This document shows positions 33,169-45,400 of a stretch of 64,000 nt of DNA, in pieces. Within the stretch, counting starts at the first letter, position 1, and each line of letters opens with the position of its first letter. A program made the position numbers and the translations under genes. The notes beneath the pieces are model-generated. The model did not search any database. It had not been told where the DNA came from and was given only the letters and a program-made list of their open reading frames with translations. Source of the stretch: Hyphochytrium catenoides. Lineage: Eukaryota; Protista; Hyphochytriomycota. Where the stretch lies: the NCBI GenBank assembly GCA_900088475.1, contig FLMG01000211.1:1-64000 (forward strand). Direction: 5' to 3'.

Positions 33169-34178
33169 ATGAGAGCAGTCTTTGGCACGTCAGCGTTCGG
33201 CCAGTCAATCGTGATAATGGAGGATGGAGCGATTCCACCAGTGAGAATGGTGCTCACAGCAGTGACCATATGTCTCGGGATGTGCTCCCTACTCCAGGTC
33301 CTGTGGAATTGGCTTCTCGCAGAGGTGCTCAGAGGAAAGACGTCATCATGCTGGTAAGCGATTGAAGGCGAAATCGCATACTTCTTGCTGAATTAACCGA
33401 CCATCACCTCTCTCGGCATACTATTAGCCAGGTGGTGCAATTAAGAATCTTGGCAGCATACACTTGCCACCTCATCATCCACACAGCTCACTTCGCCGAC
33501 AACATTGCGCGACCAGTTAGTTACTTTGAACCTGAATGGCTTTATAACCACTACGTGGTCTCGACAATGGAGATCACCTTCTTCTTCAATATACCGCTCT
33601 CGATCTTTGGGGCACGAACGGCTCTGGCACTGCTTCGGGCCTATTCCGAAGAAGACCCGACCACGACAGATAGCCAGAAGGAACCACCAGACGGCATTCA
33701 GCAACAAAGCAATAAAAATTATAGAAAGAAGCTGTGCTTATGCAAGAGTATGCTGTTCTACACCTCGGCCTCTTTGCTGACACTCATGCACTACATGGTG
33801 GAACCTCCAACCTCATACGAGCCATTCGTCAACTTCACAATTGCTGGTGAAGGTGCAGCGGCCGTCGTACTAGCGGCTGTCATAGGCAACCTGCAACGTA
33901 GCCTTCTTGCGGACAATCGCACAACTTTCCTGCAACTAGTAGGAAGGGAACCATGCGACGTGAACGGTTCGGGTAAGAACGTGGTGGCTACAATTGATGT
34001 CAACACCGAATTTGGTTCGTCTTCATCGTCGGATGAGTCCTCCAACAATGACGAGCAAAGGAACGACAACAACAAGCGGACCCACAAAGGCACCTCTCTT
34101 TCTGTAAGAAGGCGCTCACCCGTTGAACGAGGTCGGCGACATAATTCAGCCGGTCATCAGCTATCGGAGCTCTCCTGA
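33169..34178 (+). CDS. Multipass (about 5 TM) membrane protein of unknown function, 2 exons
   Basis: Exon 1 (..MVLTAVTICLGMCSLLQVLWNWLL..) ends at a GTAAGC donor near 33354. Splicing to the TAG acceptor at 33427 joins in frame to the 248-aa ORF, which has four more hydrophobic segments and a polar tail. The start could be 33169 or 33217. Confidence 0.65.
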
Positions 34179-36043
34179 AAGGCCAGGCAGCACCAGTGGT
34201 AAGTGTACCTTATCAAAGACTTACATACAGGAGAAAAAGGAAGGCAAGAACTAGTAGGAGGAGTACGACTGCTGTCCATCCTCCTCCATTCATACAGTGA
34301 ACTTAGATCGATGTTGTTGTCATAGTCCGCCTTCTTCATCAATTGAACGATCCGATCCGCCACAGTATCCCTTAACTACCTGCTGCAGCAGCTGCAGGTC
34401 AAACCTTTCTTCTATGGTTGTCATTCTTCTAAGTGGTAGTAGTGTCAGCTATCGTCGGCTTCCCTTTTTTTGGTCGACGCAGGGAACACACACCTCGCTT
34501 CTCCTCGCCGGCGTGCTCAACCAGAGCAAGGTGGGCGTTAATCAATAATAAACCAACGACCAGGGCACGACATGGTGCTGCTGGTGGGTCCTTTTTTTTG
34601 ATATAGCAACGACTTCTGCTCCGTTTCTTGATGAGACCCCGTTGTCGTCGTTGGCGGCGTCCGCTGCTCCAATCATGATGAAGCTTGCTTCTCGAGGAAG
34701 CACAACTATGACCGCCTTAATTAGCCATGACTCTCACCCCAGGTCACCTTCGTTCCTTAGCTTTAACGTCGTAATAACAAGCATCTCTGGGATAACCTTT
34801 CCACAAACCAAGAGCCCGAGGAGCGAGCACCACCATGGTGCTATCCCTTGATCATTACAGTAGTGATCGCCATTTCTCGCTACGCCAGTCAACTCCCTAC
34901 AGCTGTGTAATAAGCCCATGAGCCCGACAATAAAGCTCCTTCTGCAGTTGGCGTTGTTATTATGACCACCTTCCAGCTCTAGAACTCAAAGCAGCAGGAG
35001 GAAGAAGCACGATTAGTTCTTTCTCACCAGACTCTCACAATAATGTAGCCTTTCCCCTATACTCTTTGTATGGAGCAAAACCTTGCACAAAACCTTCAGG
35101 AAGATGACTTCCTTTTAGAAGGCCTCGGGGCAGATCTTGCAAGACCTGCAGTGATAAGCACCCCTACCTGTGCGTCGTCGATGTATCAGTTGTTTGATTT
35201 GATCAGAGCACTCTAATGACTAATGAAACGCGTACTGTAATTTACAGGGTGAGGAAAGCTTCAAAGATGGTGGCGAAATTAACACCAGCTGCGTGCTGCA
35301 TGCTTGCCACAATTATTGTACTGCTGTACTGTACCAGCAATAGTTCAAGGTTTCAATTACTGTAGTCCAAATGTCTTTTTGTGAAAGATTCCTGTCAGCT
35401 TGTTACTGCACTGAGGTTTAGCAAGAGAGGGAAGGGAGGGGGGAACCGTTGGTGCTGTTCCCTACAGTGCGTTAGATGCCTCGGGAGACATGGGTACAAG
35501 GGGCGAAGCAACAATCCATTGCCTGTTCGCTGTTCCCTTGTTCGCACTTCCAGCTACCTGCTTCTTGCTGCCACGGCGTTCAGAAGCAAGAAGCTTCCAC
35601 ACACAGGAGAGGAGAATGCATTGAGATCTTTCGTAGTCCAGTTAAGAAGTAGGTAGCTCCTCCTTGTCCTTCAATGGATGGACTGAGCCAATGACGGCAA
35701 AAGAATAGCACCTCTGCTCTATCTTACCCACCAGCAGATGGATGTAGGGCAGCAGTTCTATTATATATTGATGCTCGGATCAGCTTCTTCCTGCATGAAA
35801 GAAAGGAAGAGTCATCTCTTAAGAGTTGTCCACACACACAGAAGCTTATCTAAGTAGAAGACTAGGGCCATTGAGCAATCGGCCGACAAGACGAGAAGTC
35901 TCAGAAAAAGATCGAATCCAGAATTCTTTATAACCTTATCGTGCTCAAGCTGTCGTCATTGAAGTAGCTGTCTTCTTACAGTCCTTATTATCAGTTTCCT
36001 GTCCTGAGATATATCCCCAATCTTAGCGTTCACAGAAGCAAAG

Positions 36044-36961
36044 ATGGTGACTATCTCTAGCATCACGCAGCCAGCGGAACAGTTGAAGCACCAACTGCAA
36101 TCTCAAGGTTACTGGACCACCGATGATGAAGCCAAGCGCCGAGTCTTAAACCGCATCAGATGGATGTCCTCAGAACTGGATAGGAAGTGGAAGTGAGTGC
36201 TCTTTGCCCACCCCTGCCTCATTGATATTCGGATAGAACTTGGTTTTTCTTGTTAGGGATCTGTTTCAAGAACATTGCTGATGCTCCTCAATAGTGTAGC
36301 CGTCAAATATGATTGCCCTTACGGCTGTATCTTGTTGTGGGTGCCGCTTCTGACCTTAAGATTGATGTAGAGTCTGCGGCTGGTGGCGCGTGGGTTATGA
36401 CTCTCTTCTCTCCATTATTCCCGGCGGGGCTTTCATTGCTATGGGGTTCTCCATTTACCTCTACGCACTGGCCGCCCGTTTTGAACTACCTGCCTGGGAT
36501 CGGGCAGTGATGCTCGCAAGGATTTTGTTTGACACCTTGATAGGTTCAATTCCTATAATTGGATGTAGGTCGCATTTCTACACATATCCTCATGGCATAT
36601 CCCGCTATCTCTCTCCGTTCTTGTCTTCTTTGAACCACCAGTTCTCTTCAGCTATCCTCCTTCATGCATGGCCATTAGTTGTGTCTCCTCTTCTACTCCG
36701 CTCTCACTTATCTGTCTCCTTTCTGCAGGGTTTGCGGACTCATTGTATAAGGCAAACATTAGAAATATGCAGACTCTTGAGAAGACTCTTATCACAACTC
36801 TGCCACCGAATGATGTGGCGAAGCTAGGAATTGCTGTGGGACCAGATGGACAGCCCTATGATTTGCTGTCGGAACACGACGACGGCAAGAAAGCGGATGA
36901 AATTATCCGGAGAAGCTGGGAGGAAGACAATGACCTCACCAACCAAAGAAAGGTTCAGTAA
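36044..36961 (+). CDS. DUF4112-family membrane protein, 3 exons
   Basis: Spliced: RVLNRIRWMSSELDRKWKVCGWWRVGYDSLLSIIPG..AARFELP..MLARILFDTLIGSIPIIGWFADSLYKANIRNMQTLE, which matches the DUF4112 pattern (GxDxxxxxIP..DxxIGxIPxxG..KANxRN). Confidence 0.8.
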
Positions 36962-38029
36962 GCAGCAGGAAACGCTTATCATCAGCTGCTTCGAGAGGAG
37001 AAGAAGAGCGGGGATTGAAGATGTACACTATGGAGGAACGGTGATGCTGAGTGTAAATTTGAGCAATTGCCCAGCGAAGTTTAGGACGTGGGAGGGAAGA
37101 AAAAGTTTACCCGTCAGAACGAGGATAAGGACCTGAGATGAAGCTGCTGAGAGATATGAGAGAGAAGAGCGCACATCGGTTCTATATGACGAGCCGGGTT
37201 AAGAAGAAAGCAGCAAGAGGAAAGGCCGCAGGCCCTACTGTTGTATAAAAAAAACTGAAAATCATGGTGCTACTTCTGAGCGCAAGCCACAATGTCAAAA
37301 GGATGCCTCGGTGACGCTAGACACTCTCTAAGAGAAAGCCTGGGGCCTATGATAGGCCTCCTCCAAGAGGAAAAAAAGCCTGGGCCTAAGACCGGGAATG
37401 TAGCTTGAAATGCTATGCCTCTAATAATTAGCCAAAAGGCCACTTTTGTTGCACCAAGCATTGCAGATAATAATGTGCCATCGTCAACAGATACTATTGC
37501 CATCTGGGAATGAAGCTCAACCTGATAAAACAATAATGTGCAACTTAACCTGAGTACGACTCATCAGAAGGACCTTATAATGCTTGAGGTCGATGCCATC
37601 CGAGAATTATCAAACCTAGCAACTTGAAGAACGAAACCCGAAGCGAAGATCTGGAGGAAGTCAACGCGGATGATGACTCAACAGCGTGGTCTATCAGCTC
37701 ATCAGAAGCCATGAGCTCTGACCAACAAGTGATGATGGAAGTGGTGATGATGATGATGGCGCCAGCTGCCTGCCAGCGGCCGACGACGAGATGATCATGA
37801 AGACAACAAGACTGCTGCACTACGAGTACAGTACTACTTGGTACCTCCCTCCGTACCCCAACTGAAATGAAGTATCACCCTGCTTACAAAAGTGCGCCCC
37901 TTTCCCAACGCCCATTTTTCTGAGTCGTTTACTTCACACTAGTTCCTACACACAGTACAAGAATGTGCGCACCTTTCTTTTTAGATGGCGGCGTTACCGG
38001 CTCCCTGGCCACAAACAGTCATTTGTCTT

Positions 38030-38250
38030 CCCTCCTCTTTGCCTCCTCTCTCTCTCTCTCTCTCCTAGTTTCCTCCATCCCAAGCTCTTGCTGCTTCTCT
38101 CTCGCTTTATAATTGTCTCTCTCGCGCGTGTGCTCTCTCTCTCGCTCGCTCGCTCTCGCTCTTGCTCTCTGGTTCGCTGTCTCTCGCGCTATCTCATCTC
38201 TCTCTCTCTCTCCTGTCCCTCACTCGCATCTCTCTGTCTCTGTCTCTCGA
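38030..38250 (+). repeat. Low-complexity (CT)n-rich leader upstream of UBE2W
   Basis: Multiple CTCTCTCT and CTCG runs read directly. Confidence 0.8.
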
Positions 38251-38507
38251 ACCATCACGTGCCCAAACTGTTACTTGCTCGCCTCTATCTGAACCGACCA
38301 AGAAGCTCCTTCCCTCCTCTCGAGGTTGATGAGAAAGAGTCTGATCAGCACTAGCACTACCAAGAAATCTCCGACTCAAGGATAAGACCAAACGAGCAGG
38401 GATATTAATATTGCAAGACAAGAGAAGACCGCGTGTCAAGAAACAGCTGGGGAGAGGTGTGGAAGGAGCCTTTCCCCGCGGAGTGCGAAGTCTCATCTGC
38501 CCTAGGA

Positions 38508-39289
38508 ATGTCGCGGGTGGCCAGTCGGCGGCTTGAGAAAGAGCGGCGGCGTATTCAGGACGATCCGATTCCGGGTGTGACAGTTCTGAGCACGAAGGAC
38601 GATCTTAGTGAGTGGCTCGTGCAGCTCGAAGGCGCAGATGGTGAGCTTCGTCCTCTTTGCGTAACATTTATATTTCCCTTAGTGCTTCTAGCGATCAAGT
38701 AGGAGACAGCTGAACCTCTTCCTGCAGGCACCCTCTATGCTGGAGAGAGATACACCTTGAGGTTGCAGTTTGGCTCAGGGTATCCCTTGGAAAGTCCAGA
38801 CGTCCAGTTTGTGCCACCAGCCCCAATCCATCCGCATATATACTCTAATGGCCACATCTGTTTATCTATTCTCTATGATGAATGGAGCCCTGCGCTCACA
38901 GGTAAGAACCAAGGTAGCGACAGTACAAGTCGAATGTGCAAGAGGAAGGGAGGGGCAGGACAAGTGACTATGAGTAAAGGGAGACGAGGACTGAGTCATG
39001 CTTTTTTTGTCGTTTAAGCTCCAGCTTCTCTCCAGCTTCCGCTGAGGGACCCTGACACTTAGTCCTAGCCATGAGGGCCCTTCTGTTCGTCTCGTTTACC
39101 GTTTGTTATCTCCCTTCTCACGCCTGCGTTATCTCTCTCGTGCTAGTGAAAGCAATCTGCTTGTCCATTTTGTCCATGCTGTCATCCTGTCCGGAGAAGA
39201 AGCTCCCGAGCAACAATGATCGATACGTACGGCACGCACCAGCGTCCGCAAAGAAGACCAACTGGGCCTTTGACGATGACAAAGTGTAG
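38508..39289 (+). CDS. UBE2W: Ubiquitin-conjugating enzyme E2 W, 3 exons
   Basis: [87 protein letters not shown]. HPH in place of HPN and this C-terminal motif are UBE2W signatures. Confidence 0.93.
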
Positions 39290-39418
39290 ATTAATAGAGT
39301 TTTTTTGCGATAGGATTTTCCTATTGTCTTTCTTTAGGCACAGCGCTGTGAAGCTCGAGGACGGTGTGTGCCCACCAGAAGGAGGAGACAACGAGAATGC
39401 AAACTGTGTAAGGTGCGA

Positions 39419-42400
39419 CTACAGCCACAGCTGAAGGCCCGTCCACTGCCTTCCCAAAATGTTTGGATCCGTCGCCATGCGCATTAAGCATTGAACTTGG
39501 GCTTCACTGGTTTCGCAAACCTGAAATGAAAGTCGGGACAGGTCAACTCGAGGTTTGATCCCAGCAAGAGCCGTCGATATAACTGAGACAGCGATACACT
39601 CTTTACCTTCTGTCGAGCGCTTTGGTGCTGTTGCAGAATCTCCCTCGCGAGCTTCAGTTCCTGATTAGAGAGTTGCCTACATAAAGAGGAATGATGGCTT
39701 ATATAACGAACTCGAGGACTGAGGATTGAGAAACGAAGCAGTCTGGCCTTACGTGTTATCGCCAAGTTCCTGCTGCATTATGCTAACAGGGCTTCTTTTG
39801 TGCAGTTTGTCTCGCACAATCTTAACTTTCTTCCAGGCCACGGAGCCTCTGCTAGTGCCTGTGGCTTCCTTGCCCTGCTTTCCTCTCTGCTTCGTAAGGT
39901 CTTGCTCCCAAGCCATTAGAGGATCCTTGACAAAAATCTCTAAGATCTGAATAGGCAAGAGGGATCTTTAGCTCTTCTAATCACTTAAGATCTTTAGAAA
40001 AATGGTGACAGCCGCGTAGAATGAGGCTTCCGTGGAGGGATATTGCATGGACTCTGAAGATATAGGTGACACGAGAGAGGCTAACAAAGCAGTACACAAT
40101 GTGGGCCATGATAAAACATACTGCTGGTCGGCTACTGCGTCTAAATCGAGGCACTAGTAATGAAGAAAGAGATCCTGGAAGTAGATAGGATCGCAGCCAC
40201 GAAAGGGGGAGTGCGACAATAGAGCCGGAAAGAGCTGCCAGCGGCTAAACCTTTATAAAAGAGGGTACCTACCGAAAGAAGGTGGTCTTTCTTCTCCTGC
40301 AGAGCGGTTAGGACATTAGTCATGGTTCGCTCTATCAGCTGTTGCCCGTCTAAAGGATCCAAGACGCCTAGCATTTGCTTGGTCAAACGGAACGGTAGAA
40401 GTTCTGGTACCCGAAGGCGCAAACCGGAGCCAAAGCTACATCCAAAGTCAATAGAGGTTAGCCGCCCACTTTGACTGTCCAGTAGAAAGTTCTCAAGATG
40501 CCTGTCTCCTATGCCCAATATGTAGCCGAAGATGGCGATCATAGCCACACTACGGAAATAGACTGACCGTAGAGAGAGAAAGGTCTCAGCAGAGGGAGAA
40601 AGACGAAGGAAACGTCGCCTGAAAAGATCTACAGGCACTGCCGCTTCCAAACTACTGAAGAAGCGAACTATATCGTCCGGCCTCTTGTCCGAGAACAGTA
40701 GCGCGCTAGAGTTTAACCTGCTCCCATACTTCTCTTGCAGTTGCACAAGAGTTCGCGTAGAGTATCCTTTCTCTTTCTCTCCTGTTTCATAGAGCAAGAG
40801 CTCCTCATCCAATACTTGTTTCATCGTAGAAGTATTCTCAAGCCATTCTATAAGGCCAATACCCGACGTCATGGGGATGACTTTATAGACCTTCATGGCC
40901 AAGGAGGTCCATCCGCCTCCCGCGCCAGAGCTTTCAATGATTTCCGCCATAACTCGGAACATTTGCAAAATCCTCTGATCCAATCTTAGGTCTTCGCCTC
41001 CCTTCACCAGGAAGCGATAGCGCTTTCCATCGCTTGCCAGGATAGCAATTCGTCTTGGTGCTTGTTTGGACTTTAGAACGGTGACTCGCCTGTCAAAGTG
41101 TACGATGCTCGGAATGGTACTTCGTTCGCCGCTTTTTGGCGCATTCCTTTCCATCTTGCCGTAGTGTCCTGGGATCTCAACATGCATCTCCGTAGGGTCA
41201 AATAGAGACAACCACTCGGAGAGTTGGGACATGTCCTCTTCTCCGCGGTGCAGCGTCCGGCTCATTGCGTCACGGGCCTTTTCTGCAACTTGAAGAGCTT
41301 TTCGAACTGTCTCTTTGGTGATGTGCGCCCCATCCTTTCCAAAAAGTTGAACAATCTTTGATGAGTATTGACGCGTGAACTGCACTTCGTACGGCCCAGG
41401 AGCTACATGGGTCAAAGCAGAAGTGGCTGATGAGGGAGAAACGTCTTTTGCTCGTCTTCGCTCTGGCAAGCCCCCAAAGCAGTCCTCCAACAACGTATGA
41501 TAGACCGCCAATGCTCTCGCAGAGTTCTTGTCGGATAGAGCGCGGTCCATCTCCCTTAAGTTGTCCCATAAACGGAGCTCAGGGCTGTACAGCTGTCGAA
41601 GAGACGCGACAAACAAGTCCAGTGCCGAGTTACGGATAAGAAATCGCAACCTAGCTAATGCCCCGATATTTTGCGGAGGAATTGAATCAGAGACCATCCT
41701 AAAGTCATAATAAATTGCCTGAGGGAATTGGTCTGCAATGACTTCCAAGGCGGCCACGGCGGCCGAGAGTTCGGCAGTACCTCCTGATGAGGAGTCGGAT
41801 GGGGATTCAGTGCTATTAAGCATCGCACAGAGTTGAGGTACCCAGTTAACCATTGCAGCAGGTGGAACGTCCTGTACTCTATCTGCGAAGACAGAGGAGG
41901 TGTCGGAAGTGCTGAGAAGTGGTAGGAGCCTCAAGGCGCGAGGGAAGGAAAGGGTTGCCTCATTATGGCCCTCAGCCATTGCTTTAAGAATGCTCTCAAT
42001 CGCCGTCCTCGCTACAGCCTCCACCGTCTCATTATTTAAACAGCGCGAGGTTGTGGAAGTCCCTGTCATAGTGTCGTTCATAAAGACATCCGTATCATCG
42101 TCGGCCTTCTCAGCTCTCTCTTTCTCTTCTAATAGGCGGGAGCAGAAGAGGGCATACTGAAGGTAGAGAGGTCCTAGGTGGTGCCCACCTTCATTCTTTT
42201 TCCCGATTGTCTGCTCTGCAAAAGATATAGCTTGTTTAAAGAGGGAAAATGACTTTCCAGCGTGTTTCTCTAATTGGGCTGCTTTATCCTTCTTTCTGCC
42301 GTGATGCGGAGAGGCTGAGGCCTCATGTAATAAAAGCAGAAGGGTTCTCTCGTGGACTTCGGCTTCTAACCTCAGAATCTCCGCTACGCCTCTTGGATCC

Positions 42401-45400
42401 TCTCCATTCTTCAATGATTGAAAGTCTCCGCTTTCTGCGACCTTCAAGGCAGCCTCTAGATGCTTCTTGAGCTTCGCATCCCCATGGTCGGGCTTGGAGA
42501 GCCGAAGGATCGACTCTCTCTCACAACACTGAAAGCGATAATCGAGAATAACCCGATAGCGGAATATGTCTTGCTCGCGCTTTTTATTGCCTTCCTGTTC
42601 AGAAAGGGCTTTCGCAGCATCACGATACTCCTTCATATACTGGAGGCTGACGTCTAGCTCGTTCAACGTTATGGCCGCCCTTGCGCTACGTAGATATAGC
42701 ATAGGATGGGTCACTTGTGCATAGTCAAGAAGGGAGGACTGAGAGATGTCAAGCTTAAGCTCCTCGCCTCTAGCGAGGAGCGCTCGAAGTCCTGACTCTC
42801 TGACAAAGACAAAATCTGACCAAGCGTCAACTCTCTGTGCATCAACGCAGTCCTTATTTTCCTTCCATATGTCCATGACATACTTTGTCCGCCTGGTAAA
42901 CTGGTCTGGCGACTCAGAAGCAAGCGAGACACAGGTAGAATCTACTTCAGAGACGCAGTGTAGCAGATGCAGCTTCCTTAGCTTCATTTCGCGAGAGAGA
43001 GGGGAGAGGGAAGACCAATCACGCAAGAAAGAGCGATAGAACTTGCTCACCGAATCTCGACACCGATGGAAGTCACCGAGCTTCAAAAAGCAGAAAGCTA
43101 AGGCGTGAGGCAGTTTTTCCTCTAGCACCGTCATTACCTTTCGTTCACCCATTGCTGCTCTCAAAAACTCTTCCGTTTTCTCCGTGTAGTTGTATCCTCG
43201 AGTTGTGCACTTTATAGATGACAACAGAAAGAGGCTCATCATCTTCTCTGACACAAGCGAACATGGAGGAGAATGAAATTGGAAGAGATAGTCAGACGAG
43301 ATGGAGGCTACCTCGTGCCACCGCATCTCTCTACTTAGGTACTCTGCCCTCCGCAGGAGGAGGACTTCCTTCTCTTCAAGGTGAGACGCTGTCTCTCTTT
43401 CCACCCACTCCTGTAAGGTATCTATGATCGATCGCGAGTCCGTAATCTTTCTTTGTCTTCCATAGAGAAGGCTATAGACTTCTCCTATCTGTCCCAGGGG
43501 CTGAGATGAAAGAGTGTCAACGATCTCCTCTTCTTCGCCGATGGAATGATACAGGGCTAGAAGCTGCGCCCAATAAGTCGTAGCATCATCTTTGTCGCAT
43601 CGGTGGGCAGCCTCTCTAACCTCCGTCTGCTGTGAGGCTTTGTGTTTACCGGCCTCTCTTTCGCTCCGACTCCTTTCCTTCTGCCACCGCACCAATTGTT
43701 CGAGAAAATGAATACCAGCTAAGTGGTTGAGCGATGAACCGGCAGAAAGGCCAATTAGGGACGGCTGGATACTGGTCAATAACGAGTTTTCCACCCCCAT
43801 GTCCTGGCAGCCAACGGCAGCCAGCGAGCAACAGGAGAAAACGACGGAAGAGGCAAAAGCAGATGAGGTTGGATCTTGTAAGACCTTAGTGAAGAGCTGC
43901 ATCTGATCCTGGTCAAACCAGAAAGTGGTAGCATTTGAAGAGGGGGAATTTACCAGACTTCTCCTTAGAAGACTATCAAACAACTGCAGGAAGGTTATCC
44001 TAGCGATCTGCAAGTCCGCGCCACACACCCTATGCAGGACACGGAGGACGTCCACTGCCTTGATCCGAACGTCCGGGAAAGACCCTGACTTATAAGTTCT
44101 GAGGAGAGAGACGCTTCGAGCATGTACAAACCTCTCTCTCTTTCTTTCGGCGGAACTCTGCTTCTTCAGCTTTTGATAGCGGTCCTTGAAGAATTGTGCT
44201 TGCTGCCCTCTAGAAGAGGATGAATCGGAGAATAGAGGGGCAAATCTTCTTGATCTGATGGCATGGACTGTTTCCTGACTTGAGAAGGAAAGATCCCCTT
44301 TACCCTCTGAGAAAGACGAAGACTGGGTAAACAGCTGATGCCTTCCAAATCCCGCTTCATAGCCCACCGCTTGGCTCCCGTCACCAGTCTGTGACGCTAA
44401 ACCCACACCTACGACTTGAGAAACATATGATGAGAAGAAAGGAACCTGAGAAATTTCGCCTGAATGTCCACCGGCTTTTCTAAGAGAGTTGGCAACTCTC
44501 CTTTGCGAGAATAGAGGAGCGGCGAAGTAAGTGGATGGCTCTCCTTCAAAGGTGAGGTCAGAAACATCGCTTGTCTGGTCCTTTAAGGTGCTGAAGAGTA
44601 CCTCTTCATTCTCCTTGCTGCTGGCACAAAAAGAGAGTATCATCTGGGAAGAAAGGGAAACGAGAGACTCGACGTCATCTACCAGTTGAGCAATAGCTAA
44701 CAGACGCTGTGAAGGAGAGGAAGGCAAGCCTGCTTTCTCGTCCCAAAACTCCTGGGCTAGCGTCCTCACTTCATCACCCTCGTCAACCAGCCGCTGCAAT
44801 AGCAGCTTCCCCAAAAACTTTCCTACTTCACTTCTTGCCAGAGAAGTGGCGGCTAGTGCGCCGTGATTGGTTCCTCTTTCCTTAGCTTCATAAGGCTTCA
44901 AGGACTGCATAGCTGCCACGAAGAGGCGACAGCTCTGCAGTCGTAGGGCTTCCTCTTGATGGACAGATAGTGTCAAAAAAGTGGATTGATAGTCGGATGA
45001 GAATAGTCGTTCAAGTTGAACATCCTGGAGCTCTGAGGCGAGCTCTGTCAGTAGACGCAGAAAAGATAGCACTGACTGGTCATCTGGTTGAGAGAGGAGA
45101 CGCAGGATAGAAGGCTGCAAAGTGATGAAAAGTTCTTGAGATCCCATTCCTGCTTTGGACCCATGCAAGAGAACGCGAAGAGCACTAGGAAGAAGCTTGG
45201 GATCGCCAACCAGAGATGGGACTTGGTTGAGAACCGGAAGTATCATCTCCTTCTCCAAAGCCTGAGGACAAGATACAGAAATCTTGTCAAGGATCATCAC
45301 TAGCAGCTTCTCCCTTCTCAAAGAGATAATTCTTCTCAAGAGTTCCTTCACATGGGAGATGACTCGCTGTTCCCCCGCTTTCTCGGCCTCGGCTGCGAGG

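Noticed and set aside
39719-39752. 34-nt intron in the DNA-PKcs 3' region
   Set aside because: An alternative in-frame acceptor at 39677 gives a 76-nt intron typical of this window, so a tiny intron is not required.
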